Notes under the pieces: model-generated
Database searches by the model: none
What the model saw: the letters and a program-made list of their open reading frames with translations, nothing else
What the model was told of the DNA's origin: nothing
Assembly (NCBI GenBank): GCA_964456885.1
Contig: CAYWDE010000001.1
Span: 112 to 64,111 of the forward strand
DNA length: 64,000 nucleotides
Direction: 5' to 3'
Source of the DNA: an uncultured bacterium
GTDB lineage: Bacteria; Chlamydiota; Chlamydiia; Chlamydiales; SM23-39
In this document: positions 1 through 9,622 of the stretch, piece after piece
Numbering within the stretch: position 1 is the stretch's first letter
Layout: each line of letters begins with the position of its first letter
Translations under genes and position numbers: made by a program

Positions 1-1
1 A

Positions 2-1714
2 TTGGAAGTAATGAGCAAGAACCAAAAAGCACAGCATCCCAACACAGTAACCTTAGAACAGTGGGATGCTGACTACGAGCTTCAAGTTGTTGATAAGCAA
101 TCTAGACAAGTCATTCGGACTATTCAGAAAGTAACAGAAAAATCCTTAGCGGAAGAATTAGCTGAATCCCATGAGATTCAGATCGTTAATAAAAAAACAG
201 GGAAAGTCGTTCAAACCATTCAAAATGAGAAAGATAAATCATTTACACTTTTGGGCGTTCCTCTAACGATCAAGAAAGATGAAGAGAAGGAATGGGAAGA
301 GATTATTAGTCCCCTCAGAAATTTCAGTGACCAACAGCTCTCTAATCTGAAAAATATCGTTAATGATCTTGGTCCTTCTCTTCAAAAAACTGTTCTCTCA
401 GACGCGATTCAGAAAATCCTCGATCAGTCTTCAACCGAGGAAACTTTTGCCCTCCCCTCTCACGGGGTTATGTTTACTCTGCTAGCGATGTTTGCCGGAA
501 AACCGGATAAAATCCCCCGTAAACTACTAACCAAACCTCATACTGAATGGTCTGAAGATGAGAAGCATGAGGCTGAAAAATTTCTTAATTCAATTATAAG
601 GAAAGAAAGCAGCACCTCTTATCGAGGTGGGAAAGAAGAAACTACAGATAAATACATAGCGATCGTTAGCGATAATCCTAAAATTGAAGCTGAAGCCGAT
701 ATCTCAATGTCCCTCTTTAGAGAAGATCTTCGGTTCCGAGAAGAAAGCTTAGCTATTTATATTAAAAGAACCTTTGGCCCGGAAGGGCTGCGTCACCTTC
801 TCGGCCTTCTGATTGGTCTAGAGGAAAATTTTAGAAAAGGGCATTTCGAGTGGAGCGTAAATGATCATCTAGAGAGGTTGGGATATAAAAGAAAGCTTAG
901 TGGTTCTTTTGATTTAGACCTTAAAAAAACAGCCAGCGAAATCATCAAAGTTTTTACAAGCCTTTTCATCACCGCCAAAAAGAAGGACGGCAAAAAAGAG
1001 GTCATTCAAGGAGAACGCTTATTTAGTATTGATGGGTTCAGAAAAGAAACATTTGATAAGGTCATTATCGATGAACGAATCAAGTTAAGAGCTACAGATT
1101 TTTGGTTCAAGAACGCATTCGAACCAAAAGATGGTCATTCCGGAAAATATACAAAGCTTCTCAAAAAAATTGCCCAAGAAAATCACCGAGAGCACCCCCT
1201 TACTATTTACCTCGCCCCCCTCTTGGCTATATTCTGGCGGATGAATCCGGAACAAAAAATGGCTGTTAACGGACTGATGGAATGGTGTGATTTGGACACC
1301 GGAAAATACCGTGTCCGAGATTTAAAAACTCTTGAGTCAGAATTGAACTACATGAAGGATCAAGGGTACTTGGGGCATTGGTCTAGCAATGGAGATAATC
1401 CCATTCTTTCTAATTGCTCAGACCCATTTAATCTTTTATTAATCCTAACTCCTCCAAGATGGTTGGATAACGAGTTAAAGTTGATCCAGGAGAAAAAAGA
1501 AATTCCTAAATTAACAAATGAGCTTTCTCAAATACTCACACTCGAGGAGCTAAAGGATATTTTCAAAAAATCAGGCTTATCTATGCGACAATTTAGCACT
1601 AAAATTGGGTTAACAAATCCAATGGTTTGTTATCTTCTTAATGGAAAACGGCCAATTACAAAAGATATTTCAGAAAAACTACTGAAATATCGAGAAAAGC
1701 TAGCAGAGAGCTAA
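2..1714 (+). CDS. hypothetical protein with C-terminal XRE/Cro-type HTH; may extend beyond window (alternative ATG at 11); candidate iteron-binding protein
   Basis: 570-codon ORF open to window edge. C-terminal LSMRQFSTKIGLTNPMVCYLLNGKRPITKDISEKL fits an XRE-family HTH. Internal N-terminal duplication QVVDKQSRQVIRTIQK / QIVNKKTGKVVQTIQN. Iteron array begins 9 bp after the stop. Confidence 0.55.
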   Translation: MEVMSKNQKAQHPNTVTLEQWDADYELQVVDKQSRQVIRTIQKVTEKSLAEELAESHEIQIVNKKTGKVVQTIQNEKDKSFTLLGVPLTIKKDEEKEWEEIISPLRNFSDQQLSNLKNIVNDLGPSLQKTVLSDAIQKILDQSSTEETFALPSHGVMFTLLAMFAGKPDKIPRKLLTKPHTEWSEDEKHEAEKFLNSIIRKESSTSYRGGKEETTDKYIAIVSDNPKIEAEADISMSLFREDLRFREESLAIYIKRTFGPEGLRHLLGLLIGLEENFRKGHFEWSVNDHLERLGYKRKLSGSFDLDLKKTASEIIKVFTSLFITAKKKDGKKEVIQGERLFSIDGFRKETFDKVIIDERIKLRATDFWFKNAFEPKDGHSGKYTKLLKKIAQENHREHPLTIYLAPLLAIFWRMNPEQKMAVNGLMEWCDLDTGKYRVRDLKTLESELNYMKDQGYLGHWSSNGDNPILSNCSDPFNLLLILTPPRWLDNELKLIQEKKEIPKLTNELSQILTLEELKDIFKKSGLSMRQFSTKIGLTNPMVCYLLNGKRPITKDISEKLLKYREKLAES

Positions 1715-1722
1715 GCATCTAC

Positions 1723-2071
1723 GCTAACAAGTGCTAACAAAATCTACCCCTCTCATTCACCAGAAAAGGGAACTCTCCCCTGGCGACTGTTAACAAGATC
1801 GACCCGTCTCAGCACCGGTTTTCTCTATGCTAACAAGCGCTAACAAAATCTACCTCTCTCAGTCACTGGAAAGGGAAACTATCCTCTGGCAACCGTTAAC
1901 AAGATCGACCCATCTCAGCACTGGTTTTCTCTATGCTAACAAGTGCTAACAAAATCTACCCCTCTTAGTCACCAAAAAAAGAAGCTATTCCCCTTACTCG
2001 TTAACAAAATCTACCCCCCTTACTCACCAAACCTACCCCTCTTAGTCACTAGACCTACCTCCCTGAGTCAC
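1723..2071 (+). repeat. iteron array: 8 direct copies of a 17-28 bp unit (core CTACCnCTnnnnTCAC), including two complete 106-bp tandem units
   Basis: Copies read at 1733-1760, 1789-1815, 1839-1866, 1895-1921, 1945-1972, 2000-2027, 2033-2049 and 2055-2071. Tandem units are 1723-1828 and 1829-1934. Confidence 0.9.
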
Positions 2072-2423
2072 TGAAGTTTTTGCAAAGCGTTGGTTTTTAA
2101 AGGATTAATCTAGCGCTAACAAGCTTAATTAGAATCTAAAGAGATTCTAAATGTTAGCACCCCCTCTCGCTTACGCTTCGGGTGTTGTATAAGAAAACTG
2201 TGTAGGATCCACTAGGTGGCAAAATTGCATTTCTTTGCGCTTGCTCTCATTGTTATAAACATCGGGCGGATATATACCCGTGAAGAGATTCCCAAAAAAT
2301 ACAGTATTCTTCTTCGAATTATTTTTGCCTGCTGGTGTAACTCCTCAGCAAAGTATACAACGCGGAGAGAATGTGTTGAGAATTACTTATCAAGTGCAAT
2401 GGGAAAATTAAATGCCCGGAAGA

Positions 2424-3056
2424 CTAATTAGCACTCCGGCTTTTTTCTTCTTCTAAGATTTTCTGGCCTGTTGCTTTAGGAGACCCATCTCCATTTACAT
2501 ACGAATAAAGGCTTGTTGTCGTGATCCCCAGCCGTTTTGCTACTTCAAATGCCAAGTTTTTTGGATCAGCCATCGCCGCCATCGCCATTTTAATCATGGG
2601 GGCATCCATCTTGCGCCGTCGGCCGCCTTTCCTCCCTCGAGCCCTTGCGGATGCCAAACCTGCTTTTGTTCTTTCAGAAATTAGCTCTCTTTCGAACTCA
2701 GCCAAAGTAGCAAATATTCCGAAGATCATTTTTCCATTAGGCGTGGTCACATCAATCTGAGCTCCCTGGCCAGCCAAAACCTTAAATCCGATTTTTTGCT
2801 TTATGAACCCATCAACGAGATTAATGAGATGCCGCAGGCTTCTGCCGAGGCGGTCTAGCTTCCAAATCACAAGGAGATCACCTTCTCTCAAAGCTTTTAG
2901 GCATTCCTTCAATCCTGGGCGATCATCATGCCTTCCTGATGCTTGGTCTTGATAAATCCTTTCCGGAGCCACCCCGGCCTGAAGAAGTGCGTCTATTTGC
3001 AAATCTAAGAGCTGACTGCCGTCCCCTTTTGACACTCGAACATATCCGATCAACAT
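2424..3056 (-). CDS. serine recombinase (resolvase/invertase family)
   Basis: N-terminus MLIGYVRVSKGDGSQLLDLQIDAL is the canonical resolvase catalytic-Ser motif. C-terminal HTH (AKRLGITTTSLYSYV). 210 aa. Confidence 0.92.
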   Translation of the reverse strand: MLIGYVRVSKGDGSQLLDLQIDALLQAGVAPERIYQDQASGRHDDRPGLKECLKALREGDLLVIWKLDRLGRSLRHLINLVDGFIKQKIGFKVLAGQGAQIDVTTPNGKMIFGIFATLAEFERELISERTKAGLASARARGRKGGRRRKMDAPMIKMAMAAMADPKNLAFEVAKRLGITTTSLYSYVNGDGSPKATGQKILEEEKSRSAN

Positions 3057-3597
3057 TTATGACCTCCAATCACAAGAAAACCTAAAATAGAACCCTATAT
3101 TCTTGCTTTGATTTTTGCAACGGGTTTTTTTGTGAATTTTGAAAAACTTTCAAAACTTTTGAAGACCGCAAAGAAAACGCTCGTTTTTTTGGCACTTTCC
3201 ATAAGCTCCGGAAAGTTATAGAACGCTATTCGATATAAGCGGAAAACTTTTGCGACTTGTTTTTCTTATGGTAGGAAATTCCTTCCAGAATTTTCTCTCT
3301 ACAAAAATCTAGAAGGGCTATAAAATCGTACCGGTTTACAACCACAGAACTTTAGAAGCAGAGCAATGATAGATTTTTAGCGAACGTATGCATTTGATTC
3401 TCTCTCTATCCCTTGTTTTCTTGCTAACCCAGATTTCTCAATACCTTTATCAATCCACTTTTTCATTAACTGATCTCATTAATAAAAAATTGAGTGAAAA
3501 TTTTTTTGACAGAGCGTAAGATTCATTTTTAGCAGAGGACTGAGGATTGTCCTGGTTTTTCGAAACATAAAGCCTCCTTACAAAAAGTGATAAAAAC

Positions 3598-3858
3598 ATG
3601 AAGACGAAAGATCAAAAAACCCTAAAAGAAATCTCTAAGGAAATAAATCTCTCCGAAGATACCCTTAAAAAGGGGCTTCCGTCTGGATGGACAAGAACCA
3701 CTATAGTTATAAGGGAAGAATTTTTAGAGAAACTCAAAGACATTGGATATTGGGAGCGGGCCAATGTTAAGGATCTTCTCGATGAGATTTTGGAGAACTT
3801 TTTTGCTTCTAGACCTACTAAGCCAAGACCAAAAGAAAAGAAGAAGATCTTAGGATAG
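3598..3858 (+). CDS. small basic protein, possible ribbon-helix-helix (ParG/CopG-like) DNA binder
   Basis: 86 aa. Segment RTTIVIREEFLEKLKDIGYWERANVKDLLDEILENF resembles RHH partition/repressor proteins. Lys-rich tail. Function not verified. Confidence 0.4.
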   Translation: MKTKDQKTLKEISKEINLSEDTLKKGLPSGWTRTTIVIREEFLEKLKDIGYWERANVKDLLDEILENFFASRPTKPRPKEKKKILG

Positions 3859-4365
3859 ACTCTGTTTTTTTCTAGCCTCATTTTCTTTGCGGCTGAGCCA
3901 GATTACTCCGATCAAACAAGCAGATATTAATCCGTTGATACCAGAAATGGGAAAGGGTCCAAATTTCCAAGGATCTTCAGAGCAAGACGGCCTGCTTTTT
4001 TGGCTTGCGATCAACAAGTTTTTATACGAAGCAAAATCTTCTACTTCAAAATGAGATTTGCACCGATCCTTCACTATTTTTAATTGAACCAAGGTATGAT
4101 AGGTGGCAACCATGCTGCCTATTATCAATATGGCCTGACAACTTCTTCGAGCTAGATTCCCTAGAGAGGAAAACACTCCAACAAGCGCCGCGGTTAAGAG
4201 TAGGCAGTGCAAACCTCTTTGAACTAAGCAAAGGGAACAAGGAATTCTGCTCCCTATAAATTCCATAAGCATTGAAGCACAGATAGATAAAGCTGCGACT
4301 CCAGCGATCATCAAAAAGGTAGCTTTTTGAGGGAATTTATTTTGTAACTTCTGTAATCTCAACAT
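3850..4365 (-). CDS. dsbB: disulfide bond formation protein B (DsbB/BdbC family)
   Basis: Four predicted TM segments. First-loop motif PCSLCLVQR (CxxC followed by QR) and a second Cys pair in the later loop. Confidence 0.7.
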   Translation of the reverse strand: MLRLQKLQNKFPQKATFLMIAGVAALSICASMLMEFIGSRIPCSLCLVQRGLHCLLLTAALVGVFSSLGNLARRSCQAILIIGSMVATYHTLVQLKIVKDRCKSHFEVEDFASYKNLLIASQKSRPSCSEDPWKFGPFPISGINGLISACLIGVIWLSRKENEARKKQSLS

Positions 4366-4858
4366 TATCTTTCGCTAAAAGTGTTTGTAACTCTTCTTTT
4401 TTTCCAAATCCGTACCATTCTTGACGGAAAGCATTCCACCTAAATTTTCTGGTTTTTAAGGCAGCTATTCCATCAGCGGAAGCTTCTCCAATAAAGCTAA
4501 TAATCAATCGTTGGGGATGATTGGACTGAAGCCATGCTTCATGTTTTTCAGTCCATCTTTTAATGGAGTTTTTATTAGACGCAGATTCTTTGATTTCAAG
4601 AAGAGCTCCAAATAGAACTTTCATGTCTAACTCATCCAATTCGGATTTTACTAATAACTCCCCTAACTCGATCATTTTTTTGAACTTGATCTTCCTTTCC
4701 TGCTCATTAATTAATTTTTGCCTCTTCTCCAGCCTAGCTCTTGTCTGGGCTAACTTTTCTTTTTCGGAAATTATTACTTCTGATTTCATGTTTGGATCTC
4801 GATATTTTATCTGATTAGTAATGTTTTGCATTCTATGCGGTTCCTGCATTTCCATCAA
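4337..4858 (-). CDS. traD_Ti: relaxosome accessory protein, Ti-plasmid TraD-like N-terminal region plus an unknown C-terminal domain
   Basis: ERKIKFKKMIELGELLVKSELDELDMKVLFGALLEI matches the conserved Ti-type TraD core (RK..T..KIELGGL..KAGL....LLGALLE). Divergent from the relaxase gene. Confidence 0.55.
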   Translation of the reverse strand: MMEMQEPHRMQNITNQIKYRDPNMKSEVIISEKEKLAQTRARLEKRQKLINEQERKIKFKKMIELGELLVKSELDELDMKVLFGALLEIKESASNKNSIKRWTEKHEAWLQSNHPQRLIISFIGEASADGIAALKTRKFRWNAFRQEWYGFGKKEELQTLLAKDNVEITEVTK

Positions 4859-5034
4859 CCCTCCCCTAGAGTTCCAAAGGAACTACCATAATATGCCAAA
4901 GGCTAATCAAAATAACGAAGGCTGATAAGACCAAAGAAAAGTAAAAAAGTATTTCTACGCAATATGCAAACGTTGTTTGCGATTGCTTTTCTCTCAAAAA
5001 ATCGTATACTCAAACCTATCAACAGGAAAACTAG
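4859..5034. promoter_or_regulatory. candidate oriT and divergent promoter region between traD_Ti and traA_Ti
   Basis: Position is as in Ti-type Dtr modules. Short inverted repeats AGTTCC-AAA-GGAACT (4870-4884) and GCAAAC-GTT-GTTTGC (4966-4980). The nic site is not identifiable by eye. Confidence 0.4.
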
Positions 5035-8000
5035 ATGGCTATCGGTTATGCAAGGGTTGAATTTGTAAAGCGATCTGCAGGAAAAACCGCCTGTGCTAAG
5101 GCGGCCTATAATTCTAGAAGTAAAATTGACTTTCATGGCAATTGTGCGTTAGGACCAGAAACATTTAATTGGGCTAATAAGGAGTCCTCTACTTATCACG
5201 AGATCCTTATCCCCTATTGGGCTGATGAAAAATTCAAATCTCCCCAAGTTTTATGGAATGCAGTTGAGATTAAGGAGAAGAAATATAACTCGCAGGTAGC
5301 TATTGAGCTTCTACTTGCTCTCCCTGACGATAGAATCATCACCTTAGAAGATCGAATCCATCTCGCTAAAACCTTTGTTCAGCGCCACTTTGTTGATAAA
5401 GGCCTTGCGGCTCAAATCGATATCCATCCTCCTGAAAAAAGAATTAGAATTACGAGAGATAATCGAGAAATTGGTGTCTATAGGGAGATGCTTGGGAATA
5501 TCCTTGAGGAGAAAGAAGATCTTCTTACTGTTCAATTCGATACCAAAAGGACTATATCCTTCAATCCGAAAGAGTTCACTGGGTTTATTGAGACGGAAAA
5601 TAATTGGCACTCGCACGTCCTTATAACAACTCGGCGATTCCAGAAAGACGGTCTTGATCTTGAAGACACAAAAGCCAGAGATTTGATGCCTAGAATCTGC
5701 AATGGGAAAGTCGTTTCAGGAGAAGATTGGGGAAAACACTGGACAGATCATCAAAATAAGTTTTTTGAGGAAAAAGGGCTGAACTTAAGAGTAGATTCTC
5801 CAGGCATTGAGCCGCAAGAGCATCTAGGCCCTGTACGCATGAGAGGCCGGGCATTTGATCTTTTAGAAGAACATTCTCAAATTCTCGATAGGAACTCTAT
5901 AAAAGTCAAAGATCCTTCTGAAGTTTTGAAGAAGGTTACAGAACGGCAAAGCATTTTCACTAAAGAAGACGTTGACCGCTTTATTGAAAAGCACCTCCCA
6001 GCAGAATTGCATACGTCTTTTAAGGATGATTTTTGGAGGCAAAAAGAACTAGTCACCCTTGTAAATAAGCAAACAGGAGAACTAACTGGGAAATTCACCT
6101 CTGAGAAAGTGATTGAAGAGGAGGCCAGCATCTTAAGATTGACTGACAGGATTCATAGCAAGGACTGCTTTCAAGTAAACCTCAAAAAGATAGAGAATTT
6201 CTCCCTCCCGCTCAATTCGGAGCAAAAAACAGCTTTTCAAGCCATTTTAGAGGGGAGAAAAATGGCTTGTCTACAGGGGTATGCTGGAACAGGTAAAAGC
6301 CATCTTCTTGCAGCTCTGAAAAATGCTTACACTGATTCTGGCTATCATGTCCGAGCTTTTGGACCCGACAATGCCACTGCGGATATTCTCAAAGAGAAAG
6401 GATTTAATAATGCTGAAAATATTTATCGTTTCCTCTATGGATTTCATAATTCTAAAAGGAATGCAGCTAAAAACAGAGAGGTTTGGATTCTCGATGAAGC
6501 AGGAAAGCTTGGAAACCGTCCTTTGCTAGAATTTTTAAAAGCCGCCTACAAACAAGAAGCCCAAGTGATTTTCTCTGGTGACCACGCTCAATTATCTTCA
6601 GTTGAGAGAGGGGGTATGTTCCGAGTTTTTTGCGAGCGATATGATTCCTCGACGCTTGAAGATATTCAAAGGCAGAAACAAGAAATCCAACGAGAAATCG
6701 CTAAAAATCTTGCTGTTGGTGAAATTAGCTCTGCAATCGACAAATTATGTTCAGTTTCTACTATCAAGTGGGCGGCGACTAAAAAAGAAGCTATGGAAGC
6801 GCTGATTTTCAAGTGGGCTCTTGATACAAGGGCTTATCCAAAAGCTTCGACTCTTCTCATAGCCCACTCTAATGATGAAGTACGCATTCTAAATGAAATG
6901 GTTAGAATGATCAAAAAAGAGCGAGGCGAGCTGTCTGATAAGGAATTTGTCTGCCAGACTTTTTTAGGCAAAGTTTATCTCAGCGTCGGTGATCAGGTCG
7001 AATTCCGGAAAAATGACAAGGCATTAGGTGTGACAAATGGACTCTCTGGCGTTTTGGTTGAAGCAGCTGAGGATAAATTTGTTATTTCGATCCGAGAAAA
7101 TGGAGAAAAAAATCACATAGTCACTTTTAACCCGCAAAAATATTACTCCTACCAATTAGGCTATGCCACAACCCACTTCCGCTCTCAGGGCAAAACAATC
7201 GATAGGGCCTATGTTTTACATAGCCCAGCTCTCAATAAACGTTTTTTTTATGTTGGACTGACACGCCACTCTCATGAGGCATATTATTTTATTTCTAAGG
7301 ACCAGGCCTATTGTCTTGCAGACTTGAAAAGACAGGCTCTCCGAGAAAGCACTAAAGAAAACACACTCGGTTTCACAACTATGGAAGCACTGGAGTCTCA
7401 AAGAACAAGGGAGGGTGCTCAAGAAAAAATCCAACAGCTTAAAGATTCTGACTCTTTCATTGGAAAAATCAGAGGGTATGGCCTAGCGGCTTTTGATCTC
7501 ATTAAATCAAAAACTTCCGAAGTATTAGAACACCGAAGAGACAAGGCCCCATCGGAAGAATTTTTTATATCGCCTCTTTCTGATCTCTCCGTTAGAGCGG
7601 TTGTCAAGGAAGTTGAGACAGAGAGCAGCCCTATAACAACTTTGAAACCGCTCCTCTCTCAAGAGAAATCTCTCCGAAACGAGCTCTCGAATGTGTCCAA
7701 CGTTGGACACATTCCAAAGAGTAAAAATCCTGAGTACCTCTTAGCAAAAGCTCAGAAAACAAAACAGAATCAATGGCTTGCTTTTGAGGGTAAGGAACAA
7801 GAAGCTTTGCGAAGCTATTTTTCTCTGTCAGCCGAAGCTTCCGTGCTCCAAAGTGTTGTGGATTTAGAAACCGACGGATCTTCCCCTGGTATTGCGACTG
7901 CCCCCCACTTTAAGGAATGGCAGGCTGCATGCGGAAAAAGGAATTCTTCTGCGCAATTTTTAACCCAACAATTCCCTTCAGAAAAGCTGCGTGTATTCCT

Positions 8001-9603
8001 AGGGGACAAAACAGTAAAGACAATTCATGACCAGGCATTGCGGCATCAAAATTCCGTTGAAAGATCTCTCAAATCAGAGGGCCCTTCTGTAGAAGAAGAA
8101 CTTCGATCCAATGTGGAGCCCCTTCTTTATAAAATATTTCCGCAAGGCCCGTTGAGAAAGGACCGGAAAGAGTTTCGTTTTGGAGAAAAGGGATCCCTTT
8201 CTGTCGTTCATGCTGGAGAAAAAACGGGCCAGTTTTACGATTTTGAACGGCAAGAAGGCGGAGGGCTCTTAAAGCTAGTTCAAAGAGAATTTGGGCTTGG
8301 TCCTTTAGAAGTCCAAGAATGGGCTAAAAACTTCTTGGGCATGGTACAAGACATTAAAGTGCCAAAGTCTTTTTTAAGGCCGTCTAAAGAGGCTCTCATT
8401 GATCGAGATTGGGTTTCCGTAAAACCAGACCCCTCTATCCCTGCCCCCTCATTAGAAAATCTGCCCGGCAAAAAGCTGCATCACTATTTTGATGAAGCCG
8501 CCCGCCATCCATATCGGGATGAGAATGGTGATCTACTCTACTATCGCTTACGACTTAAAGACAAAAAGGATCCAGCAAATAAACTGACCCCTCCTCTCAG
8601 CTATGGATATTGGAAATCGAGTCCGGACAAGCTGACTTGGGAGCTAAAGGGATTCGAGGCAGGAAAAAAACTCTTATATAATCTTCCCCTGCTTAAGCAA
8701 GATCTGTCCTCTACCGTTCTTGTCGTAGAGGGTGAAAAAACGGCGGATTTAGCTAGCGGCAAATTTCCTGGAGAGAGTTTCATTTGCATCACTTGGCCAG
8801 GCGGAGCGGGGGCAGCGCTTCGCGCTGATTGGACTCCGCTAATTGGAAGAAACGTCATTGTCTGGCCGGATAATGATAGACCAGGATGCCAAGCAGGAGA
8901 AGACGTTTGCCATGAACTTAGGAAAGTTGGCGTACAATCTCTTCAAATGGTGGATCCTTCTTCATTGCTTAAACATTTCCCAGCAAAATGGGACCTTGCC
9001 GATCCCCTTCCAGCAGCTTCTAGTGAGGATTTGCCTAAAAAGCTACTGCAATCCGCTGTCTCAAAAGGGATCAATCCTCAGCAGGTATTATTTCGGGTTT
9101 CCTCTATTTATAAAGACGACCCTATAGATCGAGCTCGAGCAAATGAAATTCTCTGGAGAGTCGATGAGAGGCTGAGAGCTGACCTAGAACAAAGAAAGCA
9201 CCCAAAGCTTAATGAAGTCATTCTCAATGAAACTGCTAGAATTTTATTAAGGCAAGACCAAAAAAACCGGGATCCCAACAAAGAGCTACTCAATTGGCAG
9301 ATTTTGGTTTACGAAGCTCAATATGGCAAAGATCCTGCATCTCTCGAGATTGAGAGAATGGCAGAAGTCATCCGGCAATTTAAGCTGCCATCAGATCCTA
9401 CGGATCGATCTGAGAAGCTGGCATTAGACAGATCTATTACTACCGCTTTTGAAAAAGCGTTTTCTGCCCATGAAGTTTCCAGAAAAGAACAGAATCTAGA
9501 GATAACTACAAATTCTCAAAAGCTTGATAAACAAGCTGAACAGTTGCAATCAATTGAGAAAATATCTCATGATCATTCTCAATCGTTGGAACAAGATAAA
9601 TAA
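5035..9603 (+). CDS. traA_Ti: conjugative relaxase (MobA/MobL, MOBQ-like) fused to a RecD-like helicase and a C-terminal Toprim primase
   Basis: N-terminus MAIGYARVEFVKRSAGKTACAKAAYNSR (MobA/MobL). Walker A LQGYAGTGKSHL and Walker B VWILDEAG. Toprim motifs VVEGEKTADLA and WPDNDRPG. 1522 aa. Confidence 0.93.
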   Translation: MAIGYARVEFVKRSAGKTACAKAAYNSRSKIDFHGNCALGPETFNWANKESSTYHEILIPYWADEKFKSPQVLWNAVEIKEKKYNSQVAIELLLALPDDRIITLEDRIHLAKTFVQRHFVDKGLAAQIDIHPPEKRIRITRDNREIGVYREMLGNILEEKEDLLTVQFDTKRTISFNPKEFTGFIETENNWHSHVLITTRRFQKDGLDLEDTKARDLMPRICNGKVVSGEDWGKHWTDHQNKFFEEKGLNLRVDSPGIEPQEHLGPVRMRGRAFDLLEEHSQILDRNSIKVKDPSEVLKKVTERQSIFTKEDVDRFIEKHLPAELHTSFKDDFWRQKELVTLVNKQTGELTGKFTSEKVIEEEASILRLTDRIHSKDCFQVNLKKIENFSLPLNSEQKTAFQAILEGRKMACLQGYAGTGKSHLLAALKNAYTDSGYHVRAFGPDNATADILKEKGFNNAENIYRFLYGFHNSKRNAAKNREVWILDEAGKLGNRPLLEFLKAAYKQEAQVIFSGDHAQLSSVERGGMFRVFCERYDSSTLEDIQRQKQEIQREIAKNLAVGEISSAIDKLCSVSTIKWAATKKEAMEALIFKWALDTRAYPKASTLLIAHSNDEVRILNEMVRMIKKERGELSDKEFVCQTFLGKVYLSVGDQVEFRKNDKALGVTNGLSGVLVEAAEDKFVISIRENGEKNHIVTFNPQKYYSYQLGYATTHFRSQGKTIDRAYVLHSPALNKRFFYVGLTRHSHEAYYFISKDQAYCLADLKRQALRESTKENTLGFTTMEALESQRTREGAQEKIQQLKDSDSFIGKIRGYGLAAFDLIKSKTSEVLEHRRDKAPSEEFFISPLSDLSVRAVVKEVETESSPITTLKPLLSQEKSLRNELSNVSNVGHIPKSKNPEYLLAKAQKTKQNQWLAFEGKEQEALRSYFSLSAEASVLQSVVDLETDGSSPGIATAPHFKEWQAACGKRNSSAQFLTQQFPSEKLRVFLGDKTVKTIHDQALRHQNSVERSLKSEGPSVEEELRSNVEPLLYKIFPQGPLRKDRKEFRFGEKGSLSVVHAGEKTGQFYDFERQEGGGLLKLVQREFGLGPLEVQEWAKNFLGMVQDIKVPKSFLRPSKEALIDRDWVSVKPDPSIPAPSLENLPGKKLHHYFDEAARHPYRDENGDLLYYRLRLKDKKDPANKLTPPLSYGYWKSSPDKLTWELKGFEAGKKLLYNLPLLKQDLSSTVLVVEGEKTADLASGKFPGESFICITWPGGAGAALRADWTPLIGRNVIVWPDNDRPGCQAGEDVCHELRKVGVQSLQMVDPSSLLKHFPAKWDLADPLPAASSEDLPKKLLQSAVSKGINPQQVLFRVSSIYKDDPIDRARANEILWRVDERLRADLEQRKHPKLNEVILNETARILLRQDQKNRDPNKELLNWQILVYEAQYGKDPASLEIERMAEVIRQFKLPSDPTDRSEKLALDRSITTAFEKAFSAHEVSRKEQNLEITTNSQKLDKQAEQLQSIEKISHDHSQSLEQDK
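7689..7714. repeat. P-box copy 1 (26-bp perfect palindrome GAATGTGTCCAACGTTGGACACATTC) inside the traA_Ti CDS
   Basis: Read directly. Encodes SNVSNVGHIP in the linker between the helicase and primase domains. Confidence 0.95.
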
Positions 9604-9622
9604 TCTAGTTGGAGGAGGAAGT

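Noticed and set aside
1723-2071. Possible CRISPR array
   Set aside because: The sequences between repeat cores are themselves repeated (106-bp tandem units). Spacing is irregular at the 3' end, and no cas genes are present. The pattern fits iterons, not repeat-spacer architecture.
2216-2760. ORFs 2216-2431 (+) and 2521-2760 (+)
   Set aside because: The first is a GTG-initiated ORF in the iteron-resolvase gap (codon 2216-2218 reads GTG) with no SD or motifs. The second is antisense to the resolvase gene.
5344-9293. About a dozen 60-95-aa ORFs overlapping traA_Ti on either strand
   Set aside because: All are nested in a 1522-codon frame with relaxase, helicase and primase motifs. None has independent features.
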